Shown: positions 9,585 to 19,208 of the stretch, one piece after another | Position numbering within the stretch: the stretch's first letter is position 1 | Layout: every line of letters starts with the position of its first letter | Assembly: GCA_035627515.1 (NCBI GenBank) | Contig: DASPLQ010000012.1 | Location: 778,331 to 842,330 of the forward strand | From: Vitreimonas sp. | GTDB lineage: Bacteria > Patescibacteriota > Microgenomatia > UBA1400 > PJMF01 | Direction of reading: 5' to 3' | DNA length: 64,000 bases | Made by a program: the position numbers and the translations under genes | Notes under the pieces: generated by a model | What the model was told of the DNA's origin: nothing | Database searches by the model: none | The model's input: only the letters and a program-made list of their open reading frames with translations

Positions 9585-11354
9585 ATGCCAGATATTCATC
9601 ACTTCAAAAACCAACGCTTTGTAATCAAGATTGGTGGCGAATCGGGCCAAGGCGTAAACTCTATTGGTGAAGTTTTTGCCAAGGTTTTTAAGCGGAGTGG
9701 GTGGCACGTGTTTGGTTACCGTGAGTATCCCTCACTCATTAAAGGTGGTTACTCATGTTATCAGCTCGATGTGCAAGATCAGCCCCTCCGCAGTTCTTCC
9801 AGTCACTGTGACGTGTTAGTGTGTTTAAGCCGAGTCTCGCTCCATAAGTATCTGCCCACAGTCCGTCCCAATGGCATTGTGTTACATTCTTTGCCTCGCT
9901 TTGAGGTTTCAACAGAAGAGCAAACATACCTTGATCAGCATCACATAACCCTTCAGTATGTGCCGGCTGATAAGATTGCGATCGATAATGGTGGTAAACA
10001 CATTATGGCTAACACCGTTATGACTGGGATTGTTTCTCAGTTACTAGGTGTCGATTTAGAGCTGATTCGTTCACAAATTCGTGAAGAATTTTCTAAAAAA
10101 CCTCAATTACTTGATTTAAATATTCTTTGTTTAGAAAAGGGGTATGAATATGATTTGGAAATGTTACCGCGCGTATCTTTAGAGTTTGGCGTCACCGAGT
10201 CTGTCAGGGAGCAATTGTTGTTAACTGGCAATCATGCTATTGCCTTGGGAGCAGTCGCGGGTGGAGTGCGTGCTTATTATGCCTATCCCATGACTCCTTC
10301 CAGCTCCATTCTGAGTTATTTAGCTAATATTTATCACCAAACAGGGATGATGGTGAAACAAATTGAAGATGAAATTTCCGTAGCCCAGATGGCGATTGGT
10401 AGTATGTTTATGGGCACCCGAGCCTTAGTAGCCACATCGGGAGGTGGATATGACTTAATGACCGAATCGGTGTCGATGGCGGGCATTACCGAAATTCCTT
10501 TTGTGTGTGTTTTAGGTCAGCGGCCGGGGCCAGCAACAGGGTTGCCGACGTGGACGGCTGATGGTGATTTGAATTTAGCTATTTATGGAGGTCATGGTGA
10601 GTATGCTAAAGCGGTGTTAGCTGCCAGCGATCCGCAATCCTGTTATGACTTAGTCCAACGCGCGCTTAATTTGGCAGAAGTTTATCAAATACCGGTAATT
10701 GTGCTCACAGATAAAGAAATTGCTGAATCTTTATTTGCCATTGATGGCTTCCCGGCACCGTTACCAATTGAACGCAACTTAGTGGCTCAAGAGGAGTTAG
10801 CACATTTGACGCCTCATGATCGGTATGCTGATACGCCGAGCGGCGTTTCTAAACGCTGGTTGCCTGGTCAGGCTGAGGTCACTTATGACTCAAATAGCGA
10901 TGAACATCTAGCAGATGGTTCATTGACCGAAGAAGCTGCTCCCGTCAAAGTTATGTATGACAAACGAATGCGAAAAATGGCCACCATACTTGAAAATTTT
11001 CCTGAGCCAGTTATGTACGGAGATGATGATGCGGAGCTGACATTTGTAGGTTGGGGGAGTGTCAAAAATACTGTTTTGGATGTGATTGATATTCTTAAAG
11101 CCAGTAATCCAGCGTTGCGTTTAGGCTACCTTCACTACGAGTATATGTATCCACTCAAAACGGCTACTTTTAAGAAATTGACCCAGTCCCGCACTAAATT
11201 AGTCTTGATTGAAAATAACTACTTAGGTCAATTGGGTGCACTCTTAACTCAGGAAACTGGTTATCTTTTCCAATATAAACTGTTGAAATATGATGGTCGG
11301 CCGTTTTTCATTGAGGATGTCTTGAACTTTATTAGTCAGGAGGTAGCTCAATAA
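9585..11354 (+). CDS. 2-oxoacid:ferredoxin oxidoreductase, fused gamma/alpha subunit (KorA/OorA-like)
   Basis: N-terminal gamma-like domain (FVIKIGGESGQGVNSIGEVF) followed by an alpha domain (GNHAIALGAVAGGVRAYYAYPMTPSS). The start was moved to the ATG at 9585 (MPDIHHF) to avoid overlap with the flavodoxin gene. The track ORF starts at 9531. Confidence 0.8.
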   Translation: MPDIHHFKNQRFVIKIGGESGQGVNSIGEVFAKVFKRSGWHVFGYREYPSLIKGGYSCYQLDVQDQPLRSSSSHCDVLVCLSRVSLHKYLPTVRPNGIVLHSLPRFEVSTEEQTYLDQHHITLQYVPADKIAIDNGGKHIMANTVMTGIVSQLLGVDLELIRSQIREEFSKKPQLLDLNILCLEKGYEYDLEMLPRVSLEFGVTESVREQLLLTGNHAIALGAVAGGVRAYYAYPMTPSSSILSYLANIYHQTGMMVKQIEDEISVAQMAIGSMFMGTRALVATSGGGYDLMTESVSMAGITEIPFVCVLGQRPGPATGLPTWTADGDLNLAIYGGHGEYAKAVLAASDPQSCYDLVQRALNLAEVYQIPVIVLTDKEIAESLFAIDGFPAPLPIERNLVAQEELAHLTPHDRYADTPSGVSKRWLPGQAEVTYDSNSDEHLADGSLTEEAAPVKVMYDKRMRKMATILENFPEPVMYGDDDAELTFVGWGSVKNTVLDVIDILKASNPALRLGYLHYEYMYPLKTATFKKLTQSRTKLVLIENNYLGQLGALLTQETGYLFQYKLLKYDGRPFFIEDVLNFISQEVAQ

Positions 11355-11355
11355 T

Positions 11356-12240
11356 ATGTCATGCAACACTTGTACTACCACTTTCCATGATTTTTTCTCG
11401 GATAATTTGTACACCTGGTGCACAAACTGCGGCAACTACGGTATTCACGCAGCTATGAAGCGGGCTTTGGTGGCGGAAAATATTCCTCCTCATCAGGTGG
11501 TGCTGTGTTTTGATATTGGTTGTAATGGTAATGGCTCAGATAAAATTGGTGGTTATCGTGTACATGGTTTGCATGGTCGAGCTATCCCCTTAGCTTGTGG
11601 AGCCTCCAATGCCAACAGTAAAGTCAAAGTCATTGGTTTTGGGGGTGACGGCGGTACTTTGGGTGAAGGTATCAACCATTTGGTGCATGCCATTCGCGGT
11701 AACTATAATGTTACTTTTGTGCTCCACAATAATTTGAATTATGGACTGACACAAGGCCAAGCCTCATCAACCACTAAACCTGGCATGAAAATGAACTCTG
11801 CTCCCGATGGAATTACTTCTGATCCCTTACATCCCATGAATTTTGTGTTGAGTTTAAACGCTAGCTTTGCCGCTCGGACTTTTTCGGGTGATGTCCATCA
11901 CATGACGAAAACATTCCAAGCTGCGGTTGCCCACCAAGGTTTTGCCTTTGTAGAGGTTCTTCAAAGTTGTCCCACCTACAATAAAGCTACTCCTCACGAA
12001 TGGTATCAGGAACGAGTCTATGATGTGGCCAATCGACCTGATTATGACTCTAGTTCTTTAGCTCAAGCATTGGCAGTTTGCCAAGACATTGAAGAGCACT
12101 TGGCGTTGGGAGTTCTGTACCAAGACAAAACGCGCAAGCCTTTTATGCAGCGCCAAGCCAATCGTTTAGAGATTACCACTGAGCTCGTCGACGAAGTCGC
12201 ACCCCGGTCAGTTGATGATTTAGTAGGGAGTTTTAGATAA
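11356..12240 (+). CDS. 2-oxoacid:ferredoxin oxidoreductase, beta (TPP-binding) subunit
   Basis: TPP-binding region IGFGGDGGTLGEGINHLVHAIRGNYNVTFVLHNNLNYGLT and a Cys-containing N-terminal segment. Starts 1 nt after the alpha subunit stop. Confidence 0.8.
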   Translation: MSCNTCTTTFHDFFSDNLYTWCTNCGNYGIHAAMKRALVAENIPPHQVVLCFDIGCNGNGSDKIGGYRVHGLHGRAIPLACGASNANSKVKVIGFGGDGGTLGEGINHLVHAIRGNYNVTFVLHNNLNYGLTQGQASSTTKPGMKMNSAPDGITSDPLHPMNFVLSLNASFAARTFSGDVHHMTKTFQAAVAHQGFAFVEVLQSCPTYNKATPHEWYQERVYDVANRPDYDSSSLAQALAVCQDIEEHLALGVLYQDKTRKPFMQRQANRLEITTELVDEVAPRSVDDLVGSFR

Positions 12241-12242
12241 CT

Positions 12243-12476
12243 ATGTCTAAAAACTCCTCCAAACAAAATCTCGAACCTGCTCATCGTGTTTATCGCTCCC
12301 GTCGTGATTTATTTATTGATAATTTGGTAGGGGGGGTAGCATGGGGATTTGGCAGTGTGATGGGCGCCACTGTGATTGTGGCCATTATTTTACTGATTTT
12401 GGCTCAAGTTCAGACTCTACCTTTTGTGGGCAACGTCGTCCGCATTGTGATCGAAGAAGTTCGCAAATATCAATAG
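12243..12476 (+). CDS. small hypothetical membrane protein (77 aa)
   Basis: Single hydrophobic helix (VMGATVIVAIILLILAQV). Tightly coupled downstream of the oxidoreductase beta gene. Confidence 0.4.
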   Translation: MSKNSSKQNLEPAHRVYRSRRDLFIDNLVGGVAWGFGSVMGATVIVAIILLILAQVQTLPFVGNVVRIVIEEVRKYQ

Positions 12477-12549
12477 TTTTTCTCCATTTCTCATCTATTT
12501 ATAACTGAGTTCTATTATTTTTGTTGATATTTCCATCTAAGATACTCCT

Positions 12550-13878
12550 ATGTCTAAAGTGGATGTAGTTATTGTGGGTAGTGGTTTAGCGGGTCTGAGT
12601 TGTGCTCGGGAGTTGTGTGATCGAGGTTTGAAGGTGGTAATACTAGAGCAGTGCCCAGTGGTAGGGGGACGCACTTCTTCCTGGAACGAAAGAGGTATGC
12701 ACGTAGAGTCTGGATTACATCGTTACTTAGGTTTTTATCGTGCGATGCCGGAATTGTTGAGTAACTGTGGATTGAGTCTGGACGAGGTCGTTATATGGGA
12801 GGATGAGATGGAGATTCGGACTCCTCAGCTGGAGCCAGCTGTCTTTGGCATGTCTCCTTTTTTTCGACCCTGGCAGACAGTGACGAGCTGGCTTGATAAT
12901 CGACACCTTCTGAGTACCCGTGATAAGGCTTCATTACTTCCCTTTTTTTTGATGGGTTTAAAAGAGTATTACACTCGCCCCGGATATCTTGATCAATTTT
13001 CTGTAGCTGAGTGGGCAGATCGGTATAGTGTCACTGCGGCTGCACTCCAGCGTTTATTAGTCCCCTTGACCGCCGGTATTTTTTTCTTGCCACCGGAGCA
13101 GTATTCGGCGCAAGTGTTGATGGGTATTGTGGCTCAGGCCTTGCCCACCGGTTACAAAACCAGAATCGGAGCTTTCAGCGGAGGGATGACAGAGGTGATG
13201 ACGGGACCTATTGCCGGGTGGTTAACAAAAAAAGGGGTGTCAGTAATTACTGATGCCCCTGTCACGCGCTTGTGTGGTAGCCGTGACAAAATCACTGGCG
13301 TAGAAGTGAATGGCAAAAAAATCTTAGCTGAGCAGGTCGTGGTGGCGACGGGGTTGGGGCCGGCGCAACGATTGTTAACACCTTTGTTTAAAAATCACTT
13401 GCGTTTCAAAAATCTTTTTGCGTTGCCGACGATGGCGGAAATTAATATTCAGCTTGAGCTCGATAGTCCGGCATTACCTGTTGATCGAACTACTTTTGGT
13501 CCAGGTACTAGTTTGGCCTGTATGGCTGAACAGAGCAGAACTACCTTTCGTAACTTGCCGGGGAGACTCTCAATTATTTTAAGTCCAGCAGAAAAATTTT
13601 ATACCTTAACTCCAGCTGCCATTTTTGATCATGTGGTGGCGGAAGCAAAAAAGCTCCACATTTTTATCAAAGAGCGAGTCACCAAGTATCGGGTGATTAA
13701 ACATCCTAAGGACTTTTACGCCATTTCCCCAGGCACTGATCATCTCCGGCCTTCACAACATACCTCGGTGCCAGGTTTAGTACTGGCGGGTGATTATACT
13801 CAACAGCCCTGGTACTGCACCATGGAAGGGGCAGTTATTTCTGGCAAAAAAGCAGCTCAGGTAATCCTGAGCTGCTGA
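12550..13878 (+). CDS. FAD-dependent oxidoreductase, amine oxidase/phytoene desaturase-like fold (HpnE/PPOX-like)
   Basis: N-terminal Rossmann dinucleotide motif VVIVGSGLAGLSCARELC...VVILE. C-terminal GLVLAGDYT...GAVISG motif typical of this flavoprotein family. Confidence 0.65.
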   Translation: MSKVDVVIVGSGLAGLSCARELCDRGLKVVILEQCPVVGGRTSSWNERGMHVESGLHRYLGFYRAMPELLSNCGLSLDEVVIWEDEMEIRTPQLEPAVFGMSPFFRPWQTVTSWLDNRHLLSTRDKASLLPFFLMGLKEYYTRPGYLDQFSVAEWADRYSVTAAALQRLLVPLTAGIFFLPPEQYSAQVLMGIVAQALPTGYKTRIGAFSGGMTEVMTGPIAGWLTKKGVSVITDAPVTRLCGSRDKITGVEVNGKKILAEQVVVATGLGPAQRLLTPLFKNHLRFKNLFALPTMAEINIQLELDSPALPVDRTTFGPGTSLACMAEQSRTTFRNLPGRLSIILSPAEKFYTLTPAAIFDHVVAEAKKLHIFIKERVTKYRVIKHPKDFYAISPGTDHLRPSQHTSVPGLVLAGDYTQQPWYCTMEGAVISGKKAAQVILSC

Positions 13879-14029
13879 TTATAAAAAGCCTACGTTCTTA
13901 ATTGATTAAGCTAGATGCTACCCAAATTAAGAATAAGAGTCCGGCGGGAACTCCGAGGGCCCAAGCTACGAGATATTTAGCCATATTGTCTCCTCTCGTT
14001 ATAATTACTATTGGCGCTCGGATATTGTT

Positions 14030-14278
14030 TTACCGAGCAAGGACGCGACCGACCCAGATTAAGGCAATAGCACCTAAGGTGGCCACGAATAAGCTGTAAA
14101 GGTTAAAGCCAGAAACACCTGGTTCACCCATCATGTTCATCACAAAGCCACCGACAATAGCGCCAATTACGCCGAGGGCAATATCCCCCAAAGTGCCTTG
14201 TGTGTCATTAGTTCGCATCACAACTGAAGCTATGTAACCAGCCACTAAGCCGAGTGCGATAAAAAGTAAGATCCCCAT
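14030..14278 (-). CDS. GlsB/YeaQ/YmgE-family transglycosylase-associated small membrane protein
   Basis: 82 aa with three TM helices and Gly-rich repeats (GVIGAIVGGFVMNMMG). Matches the YeaQ/YmgE family pattern. Confidence 0.7.
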   Translation of the reverse strand: MGILLFIALGLVAGYIASVVMRTNDTQGTLGDIALGVIGAIVGGFVMNMMGEPGVSGFNLYSLFVATLGAIALIWVGRVLAR

Positions 14279-14404
14279 ACTGCTCCTTTCGTGAGTAAAT
14301 AGAGTACTTTAATTAATACTACTCGTAGTTTAGAGAGTAGCCTTCACAAGGGCTTAAGAGTGGCGTAAGAGAAGAGTAAGGGACACAATGACAGATTAAA
14401 GAGG

Positions 14405-15073
14405 TTAATCTTTAACCATGTAACCAAAGCCTCTGACTGAATGGATGAGAGGGTTTTTATAACCTTTATCAATTTTATTGCGCAAGTAACCTACGTAGAC
14501 ATCAACCACGCGGGTTTCGATATCAGCTGATGACCAGACCCGGCTCAAGATCATATCTCGTGTCAGCACTTTACCTTTATTAAGCAGTAAATACTCTAGC
14601 AGTTTGAACTCTAACGGTGTTAATTTAATTTCTTCACCGCCGCGGAGGACCTGGATCTTTTGAGTATCGAGGACTAAATCTTGGACACTTAATAAAGTAT
14701 CAGGTGAAGTAGCACTGCGTAAACGGGCTTTGACGCGGGCTAATAATTCTTCTAGTTCAAATGGTTTGGCGAGATAATCATCAGCGCCTAAGTTTAAAGT
14801 AGAGACAATATCCGCAGTGGTATGTTTAGCAGTCAGAACTAAAATTTGGGTATGAAGATTCATTTTCTTCACTTCTTTGCAGACAGATTCTCCGGATAAA
14901 TTAGGCAGACCTAAATCTAAAATCATTAAATCAGGAGCTTGCTGAGTGACCTTATTAATGGCCTGAATGCCATCTTCGGCTACTTCTACTTTATAGCCTT
15001 GGTCAATCATTATAGTGCGAAGATATTCTCTGACCTCTCGGTCATCTTCAACAATGAGTATCGAGTAATTCAT
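14405..15073 (-). CDS. OmpR-family two-component response regulator
   Basis: Receiver domain (ILIVEDD, phospho-acceptor in MILDLGLP, conserved T and K). C-terminal winged-helix domain (VLTRDMILSRVW...VDVYVGYLRNKID). Confidence 0.85.
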   Translation of the reverse strand: MNYSILIVEDDREVREYLRTIMIDQGYKVEVAEDGIQAINKVTQQAPDLMILDLGLPNLSGESVCKEVKKMNLHTQILVLTAKHTTADIVSTLNLGADDYLAKPFELEELLARVKARLRSATSPDTLLSVQDLVLDTQKIQVLRGGEEIKLTPLEFKLLEYLLLNKGKVLTRDMILSRVWSSADIETRVVDVYVGYLRNKIDKGYKNPLIHSVRGFGYMVKD

Positions 15074-15204
15074 GTCGGTATTTTATCAACTTATTTACTA
15101 AAAGCAAAATTTGAGGTGCTTACGGCTTTCTTACCAACTCTTGCTACAGCTTTTATGCTGCCGCTCTACAGTACAGTCATCGACAATAAATAACAAGGAG
15201 CAAG

Positions 15205-15621
15205 ATGACTGCCCACAGCCAAACTACTACAGCACAAATTAATGACCATGAAGCGTTATATTCCCAGCACACTGTCATGACCAGTGGTGGCATTATGGGC
15301 AGCTTTATGGGGGTGATTTCTGGCCTTAATTATGTGCTCAGTAATCAAGGGGGGTTGGTTTTTACCTTTGCGATTGCGATAGCGCTGCTAGCCCTAGCAA
15401 TCTTTGGAGGTATGGTAGGTATGTTAGCTGCTAGTTTATTAAGTAGTTTCATTCTTTTAGCAGTGGTGGAGTCAGCAGCAGCGGACAACGTGAATCAGAC
15501 AGAAGCAGATAAAAACCCTGGTCAATTACGACAAAAACAGTTAGGAATAAAGCGGGGTATCTCACGCCTGAACTTAGACACCGAGCTGGGGGGTTTTGAT
15601 CATCGCCTCCAGTTTGGATAG
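15205..15621 (+). CDS. hypothetical membrane protein
   Basis: Two to three hydrophobic helices. No recognisable motif. Confidence 0.35.
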   Translation: MTAHSQTTTAQINDHEALYSQHTVMTSGGIMGSFMGVISGLNYVLSNQGGLVFTFAIAIALLALAIFGGMVGMLAASLLSSFILLAVVESAAADNVNQTEADKNPGQLRQKQLGIKRGISRLNLDTELGGFDHRLQFG

Positions 15622-15650
15622 TACCAATGAGTAGCAGAAATTGAAAGTAT

Positions 15651-15887
15651 ATGCCCTTTACAAAATTAACTGACTTACCAACACAGGTAAAAGACGTCTT
15701 GCCCAAACACGCGGAAGAAATCTTCCTAGCTGCTTTTAACAGTGCTTGGGAACAATATGATTTGCCGGAAGAACGGCAAGGCGACGACACACGCGAAGAA
15801 ACAGCCTTCAAAGTGGCCTGGGCAGCAGTTAAACGAAAGTATGAAAAAAATGAAGAGACAGGGATGTGGGTAAAGAAAGATGACTAA
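15651..15887 (+). CDS. ChaB-family protein
   Basis: Matches the ChaB pattern: DLPTQVKDVLPKHAEEIFLAAFNSAWEQY with an acidic C-terminus. Confidence 0.65.
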   Translation: MPFTKLTDLPTQVKDVLPKHAEEIFLAAFNSAWEQYDLPEERQGDDTREETAFKVAWAAVKRKYEKNEETGMWVKKDD

Positions 15888-15914
15888 CGTTTTAGTTAGA
15901 CAAAAGGAAAGTAT

Positions 15915-16169
15915 ATGGCAACTTCAACATCTATCATCAGTGCCCCCACAGTGGCACCAGATACCACTCCACCTCAAAGACGTGACGAGGAGTGGGCAGG
16001 CGGTCACATGCCGAACCCTAATGGTGATGAAGTGGATCATTTATTAGAGGAAATGGATTTATATACCACTAAAAATGATGATGAAGCTCATGAGTTAAAT
16101 GTAGCTCAAGAAATTAATAATAATGAGCGCTCACGACATTTTGATATCGAAGAGGAAGATAGTATTTAA
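15915..16169 (+). CDS. hypothetical acidic protein (84 aa)
   Basis: ORF with an Asp/Glu-rich C-terminal half. No motif. Confidence 0.3.
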   Translation: MATSTSIISAPTVAPDTTPPQRRDEEWAGGHMPNPNGDEVDHLLEEMDLYTTKNDDEAHELNVAQEINNNERSRHFDIEEEDSI

Positions 16170-16189
16170 TATTTTAAGGAGCACCAACC

Positions 16190-16264
16190 ATGATTTTTTA
16201 TAGCGTTGATGAGTTACTCCTGACCATTGGTTTGGTAATGGTGATGTTAGTCACCTGGATGTAA
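16190..16264 (+). CDS. candidate 24-aa hydrophobic micropeptide (MIFYSVDELLLTIGLVMVMLVTWM)
   Basis: AAGGAG Shine-Dalgarno 8 nt upstream of the ATG. Located in the gap before the polyprenyl synthase gene. Coordinates approximate. Confidence 0.2.
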   Translation: MIFYSVDELLLTIGLVMVMLVTWM

Positions 16265-16339
16265 CTCACAAATTCCATCTTAATTTCCCTTTTCAGTCCG
16301 CTACAATAAGCTGGTATTTATTTGGAGCGAAGACTCAGC

Positions 16340-17398
16340 ATGAAAGACCAGCTCAGCGCCATCCGATCACAGTTAGTGGCCTTTTTAGAACAGTATTTAT
16401 CCCAGATAGCTTCTCAGTTCCCGCACTTGGAACCAAGTATTTCTCAGGTTTCGCAACAGTTATTGACGTTCTCCACTAGTGGCAAGATGCTACGGGGCGC
16501 GATGACGGTGATGGTATATCAAATGCATGGGGGACAGTTACTTCCAGAAGCTATCAAAGCGGGAGCTGCCTTGGAGCTATTTCAATCCACGCTTCTTATT
16601 CACGACGATATTATGGATCAAGATCGGATGAGACGTGATCAATTATCTGTCTATGCACAATATGAAGAACAAGCACTTAAAAATAACTATCGCCAACCCG
16701 CTCACTTCGGGATCAGCATGGGCATTTGCGTAGGCGATATTGCTTTATTTATGGTCCAGGACATTTTGGCGAGTGTAAAGATAGGAGACGATATCTTGGC
16801 GCCAGTTTTTCGATTGTTAGCTAAGGAATCAATTGGCACCGGGCTTGCTCAAATGATGGATACTGAAAATGGTTTATCCACTCACATCCCTTCGGTAGAA
16901 GAAGTGCGAGCGGTCAATATCCATAAAACTGCCCGCTACACCTTTTGTTTGCCCTTTATGCTGGGAGCGACCTTGGCGGGTCAATCCACCCCGGTGGTCG
17001 ATAAATGGGCTCAGCTGGGAGAAACCCTGGGGCTGTTATTTCAAATTAAAGATGACGAACTGGGATTATTTGGTAAATCGGCCGAGATTGGTAAGCCAGC
17101 AGGTTCTGATATTAGAGAACACAAAAAGACCCTCTATTATGTCTACCTCATGGCAGCTGCTGAGCCAGCAGTGAAACAGAAATTAGTAAGTATTTTTGGT
17201 AATCCCAACCTAGATGAAGAAATGATTGAGTATGTGCGTGAGCAAGTTATGAAAGTGGGGGCTAAAGCCAAGGTGGATGCGGAGCTAACAGCCTTGGAAA
17301 GCCAAAGTTATGCTCACATTGATCAATTAGCCGTGGCAGATGAGTACAAAGCAGCTTTGCGCCAATTTGTGCAATTTAATTTATTGCGCAAGCGCTAA
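16340..17398 (+). CDS. polyprenyl diphosphate synthase (trans-isoprenyl diphosphate synthase family, GGPP/FPP synthase-like)
   Basis: First Asp-rich motif LIHDDIMDQD and second Asp-rich motif FQIKDDELGLFG. The start was moved to the ATG at 16340 (MKDQLSAI). The track ORF begins at a TTG at 16322. Confidence 0.85.
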   Translation: MKDQLSAIRSQLVAFLEQYLSQIASQFPHLEPSISQVSQQLLTFSTSGKMLRGAMTVMVYQMHGGQLLPEAIKAGAALELFQSTLLIHDDIMDQDRMRRDQLSVYAQYEEQALKNNYRQPAHFGISMGICVGDIALFMVQDILASVKIGDDILAPVFRLLAKESIGTGLAQMMDTENGLSTHIPSVEEVRAVNIHKTARYTFCLPFMLGATLAGQSTPVVDKWAQLGETLGLLFQIKDDELGLFGKSAEIGKPAGSDIREHKKTLYYVYLMAAAEPAVKQKLVSIFGNPNLDEEMIEYVREQVMKVGAKAKVDAELTALESQSYAHIDQLAVADEYKAALRQFVQFNLLRKR

Positions 17399-18316
17399 GT
17401 GTGGACGTAAACTCGATAGAATATTCTCTTGCTGATCCTGCAATCTAAAGCCGATTAATACCAGTTTTGATGTGGAGTGAATATCCTGATCTTCCAAGGG
17501 GCTAATCTCGATCCGCGTACCGACTTTATTAATCAACATTACTTCTCCCGTATTTATCGACAGAATACCTTTGACTCTAAACACCGCTTTGGGCAGTGCC
17601 CCGAGGGCGGTCCTGAGACTGGTGAGGCTGGGGGGTTCAGCAACTGTAATAGTCAGAGTATCGATGTCCTCATGCTCATCGGCAGTATGAACGTGCTCAG
17701 GAGGGTGGGAGGTAATCTCAGCAGGATGAAGCCCAAATACCACCGCTGGCGAGATCTGACCGTGAGGTGCTTCTAGGATAGGGGAGCTGGCATTGAGTTC
17801 ACGAATGTAACCCACTACTGCGCGTTTACGGTCATCATCAACGAGCTCCACCTTGTTGAGCAAGATTAAATCTGTAAACTTAGCTTGCTGCTGGGCAGTG
17901 AAACTAATATCTTTATAACCCTCAAAATTTTCAACATCAATGATACTAATCACGCCATCACGAGTTAATCGAGCATGAGAAGAAACCATGAGAGCGATCG
18001 CTGAGGGCTCTGCTGCTCCTGAAGCTTCAATGATAATCCGATCAGGTTGGTGTTGGAGCATCAGCTCATCTATAGCTGAAATAAACGGGCCCACCAATGT
18101 ACAGCAAATACAGCCATTAAGTAACTCAGTGGTTTGGACGGTTTTATTTTGGGCTAACTGGCCATCAATATTCTCTGAGCCAATTTCGTTCTTGATGTAC
18201 ACCACTTGTTCCCCTCGTCTCTGTAGCTGATCAATTAATGACAGAATAATAGTAGTTTTCCCCGAGCCCAAAAAACCTGTCATAAGAGTAGTGGGGATTT
18301 TAGAAGGGTTTGGCAT
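17381..18316 (-). CDS. CobW/COG0523-family G3E GTPase (putative metallochaperone)
   Basis: Walker A GFLGSGKTT, the GCICCT metal-binding motif, and an NKVEL G4-like motif. Confidence 0.8.
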   Translation of the reverse strand: MPNPSKIPTTLMTGFLGSGKTTIILSLIDQLQRRGEQVVYIKNEIGSENIDGQLAQNKTVQTTELLNGCICCTLVGPFISAIDELMLQHQPDRIIIEASGAAEPSAIALMVSSHARLTRDGVISIIDVENFEGYKDISFTAQQQAKFTDLILLNKVELVDDDRKRAVVGYIRELNASSPILEAPHGQISPAVVFGLHPAEITSHPPEHVHTADEHEDIDTLTITVAEPPSLTSLRTALGALPKAVFRVKGILSINTGEVMLINKVGTRIEISPLEDQDIHSTSKLVLIGFRLQDQQENILSSLRPHLALAQ

Positions 18317-18330
18317 CGGTCTCTATGCTA

Positions 18331-19104
18331 TCAAATTCGCTTAACTTCAACAAAACGATTTTTATCAAAGTGGTCCTGATGATTAGTCCAGCTGAGATGG
18401 GATTTGGACTGAGAGAAAGCTTTATCGATGACTGACGGGGTGTGAGTATCATCGAGTTCCAGCCAGGCCACACCATAGGCAGATAAGTGTTGATCAAGAC
18501 CTTCAACAAGGGTAGTAATTAATTCAAGTCCCGTAGGGCCGCCATCAAGAGCTAACCACGGCTCAAACTCCTTCACACTGGGTTCTAAATCAGGCATACG
18601 CTGGTGGGGAATGTAGGGGAGGTTAGCGGTAATCATATCAAACTGAAGGGTGGCATCGATGTTTTGCCACAAGTTACTCTCAATATGTGTGGGCGATTGG
18701 TGGAGTAAGTGAGCAGCATTTTGATGGGCAACAGCTAAAGCGTCCGGACTGAGATCGCTTAAATATAATTGGTAAGGAAGCTGCCGTTGTTCCAGTTTCA
18801 CCCCTAAGCTAATGCCAATCGCACCTGAGCCGGTACCGATATCAATAATAGTAATTGCTTGCTGAGGAAACGAGTTACACCATTTTTCTGCAGCCGCTAA
18901 GGCCTTATGCACTAACTCTTCTGTTTCTACCCGAGGAATTAAGGTGGCCGGGGTGACCATAAATTCGAGTCCCGCAAACTCTACTTTTCCAGTAATGTAC
19001 TCAACTGGCATTTCGCCATACCGCTCAATCTGATCTGGATTTACCCCATGCTTGCGTAAATGATTATGCTCGTAGGGACTAAGCTGGCGGGAAGATGCAG
19101 ACAT
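18331..19104 (-). CDS. prmC: release-factor glutamine N5-methyltransferase PrmC/HemK
   Basis: SAM motif IIDIGTGSGAIGISL and catalytic NLPYIP (NPPY-type) motif. Confidence 0.8.
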   Translation of the reverse strand: MSASSRQLSPYEHNHLRKHGVNPDQIERYGEMPVEYITGKVEFAGLEFMVTPATLIPRVETEELVHKALAAAEKWCNSFPQQAITIIDIGTGSGAIGISLGVKLEQRQLPYQLYLSDLSPDALAVAHQNAAHLLHQSPTHIESNLWQNIDATLQFDMITANLPYIPHQRMPDLEPSVKEFEPWLALDGGPTGLELITTLVEGLDQHLSAYGVAWLELDDTHTPSVIDKAFSQSKSHLSWTNHQDHFDKNRFVEVKRI

Positions 19105-19208
19105 AGTGATATTGTACGGTACTTGATCTCAATCTGGACTTGTTTTTTTGTAAGAAATGTATCACTATAGAGCCTCAGACTGTAGTTAGTAATTTTTTGA
19201 GGAGCATT

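Noticed and set aside
13902-14099. 65-aa + strand ORF overlapping the GlsB/YeaQ-family gene
   Set aside because: It lies antisense to a well-supported gene and has no motif. Likely spurious.
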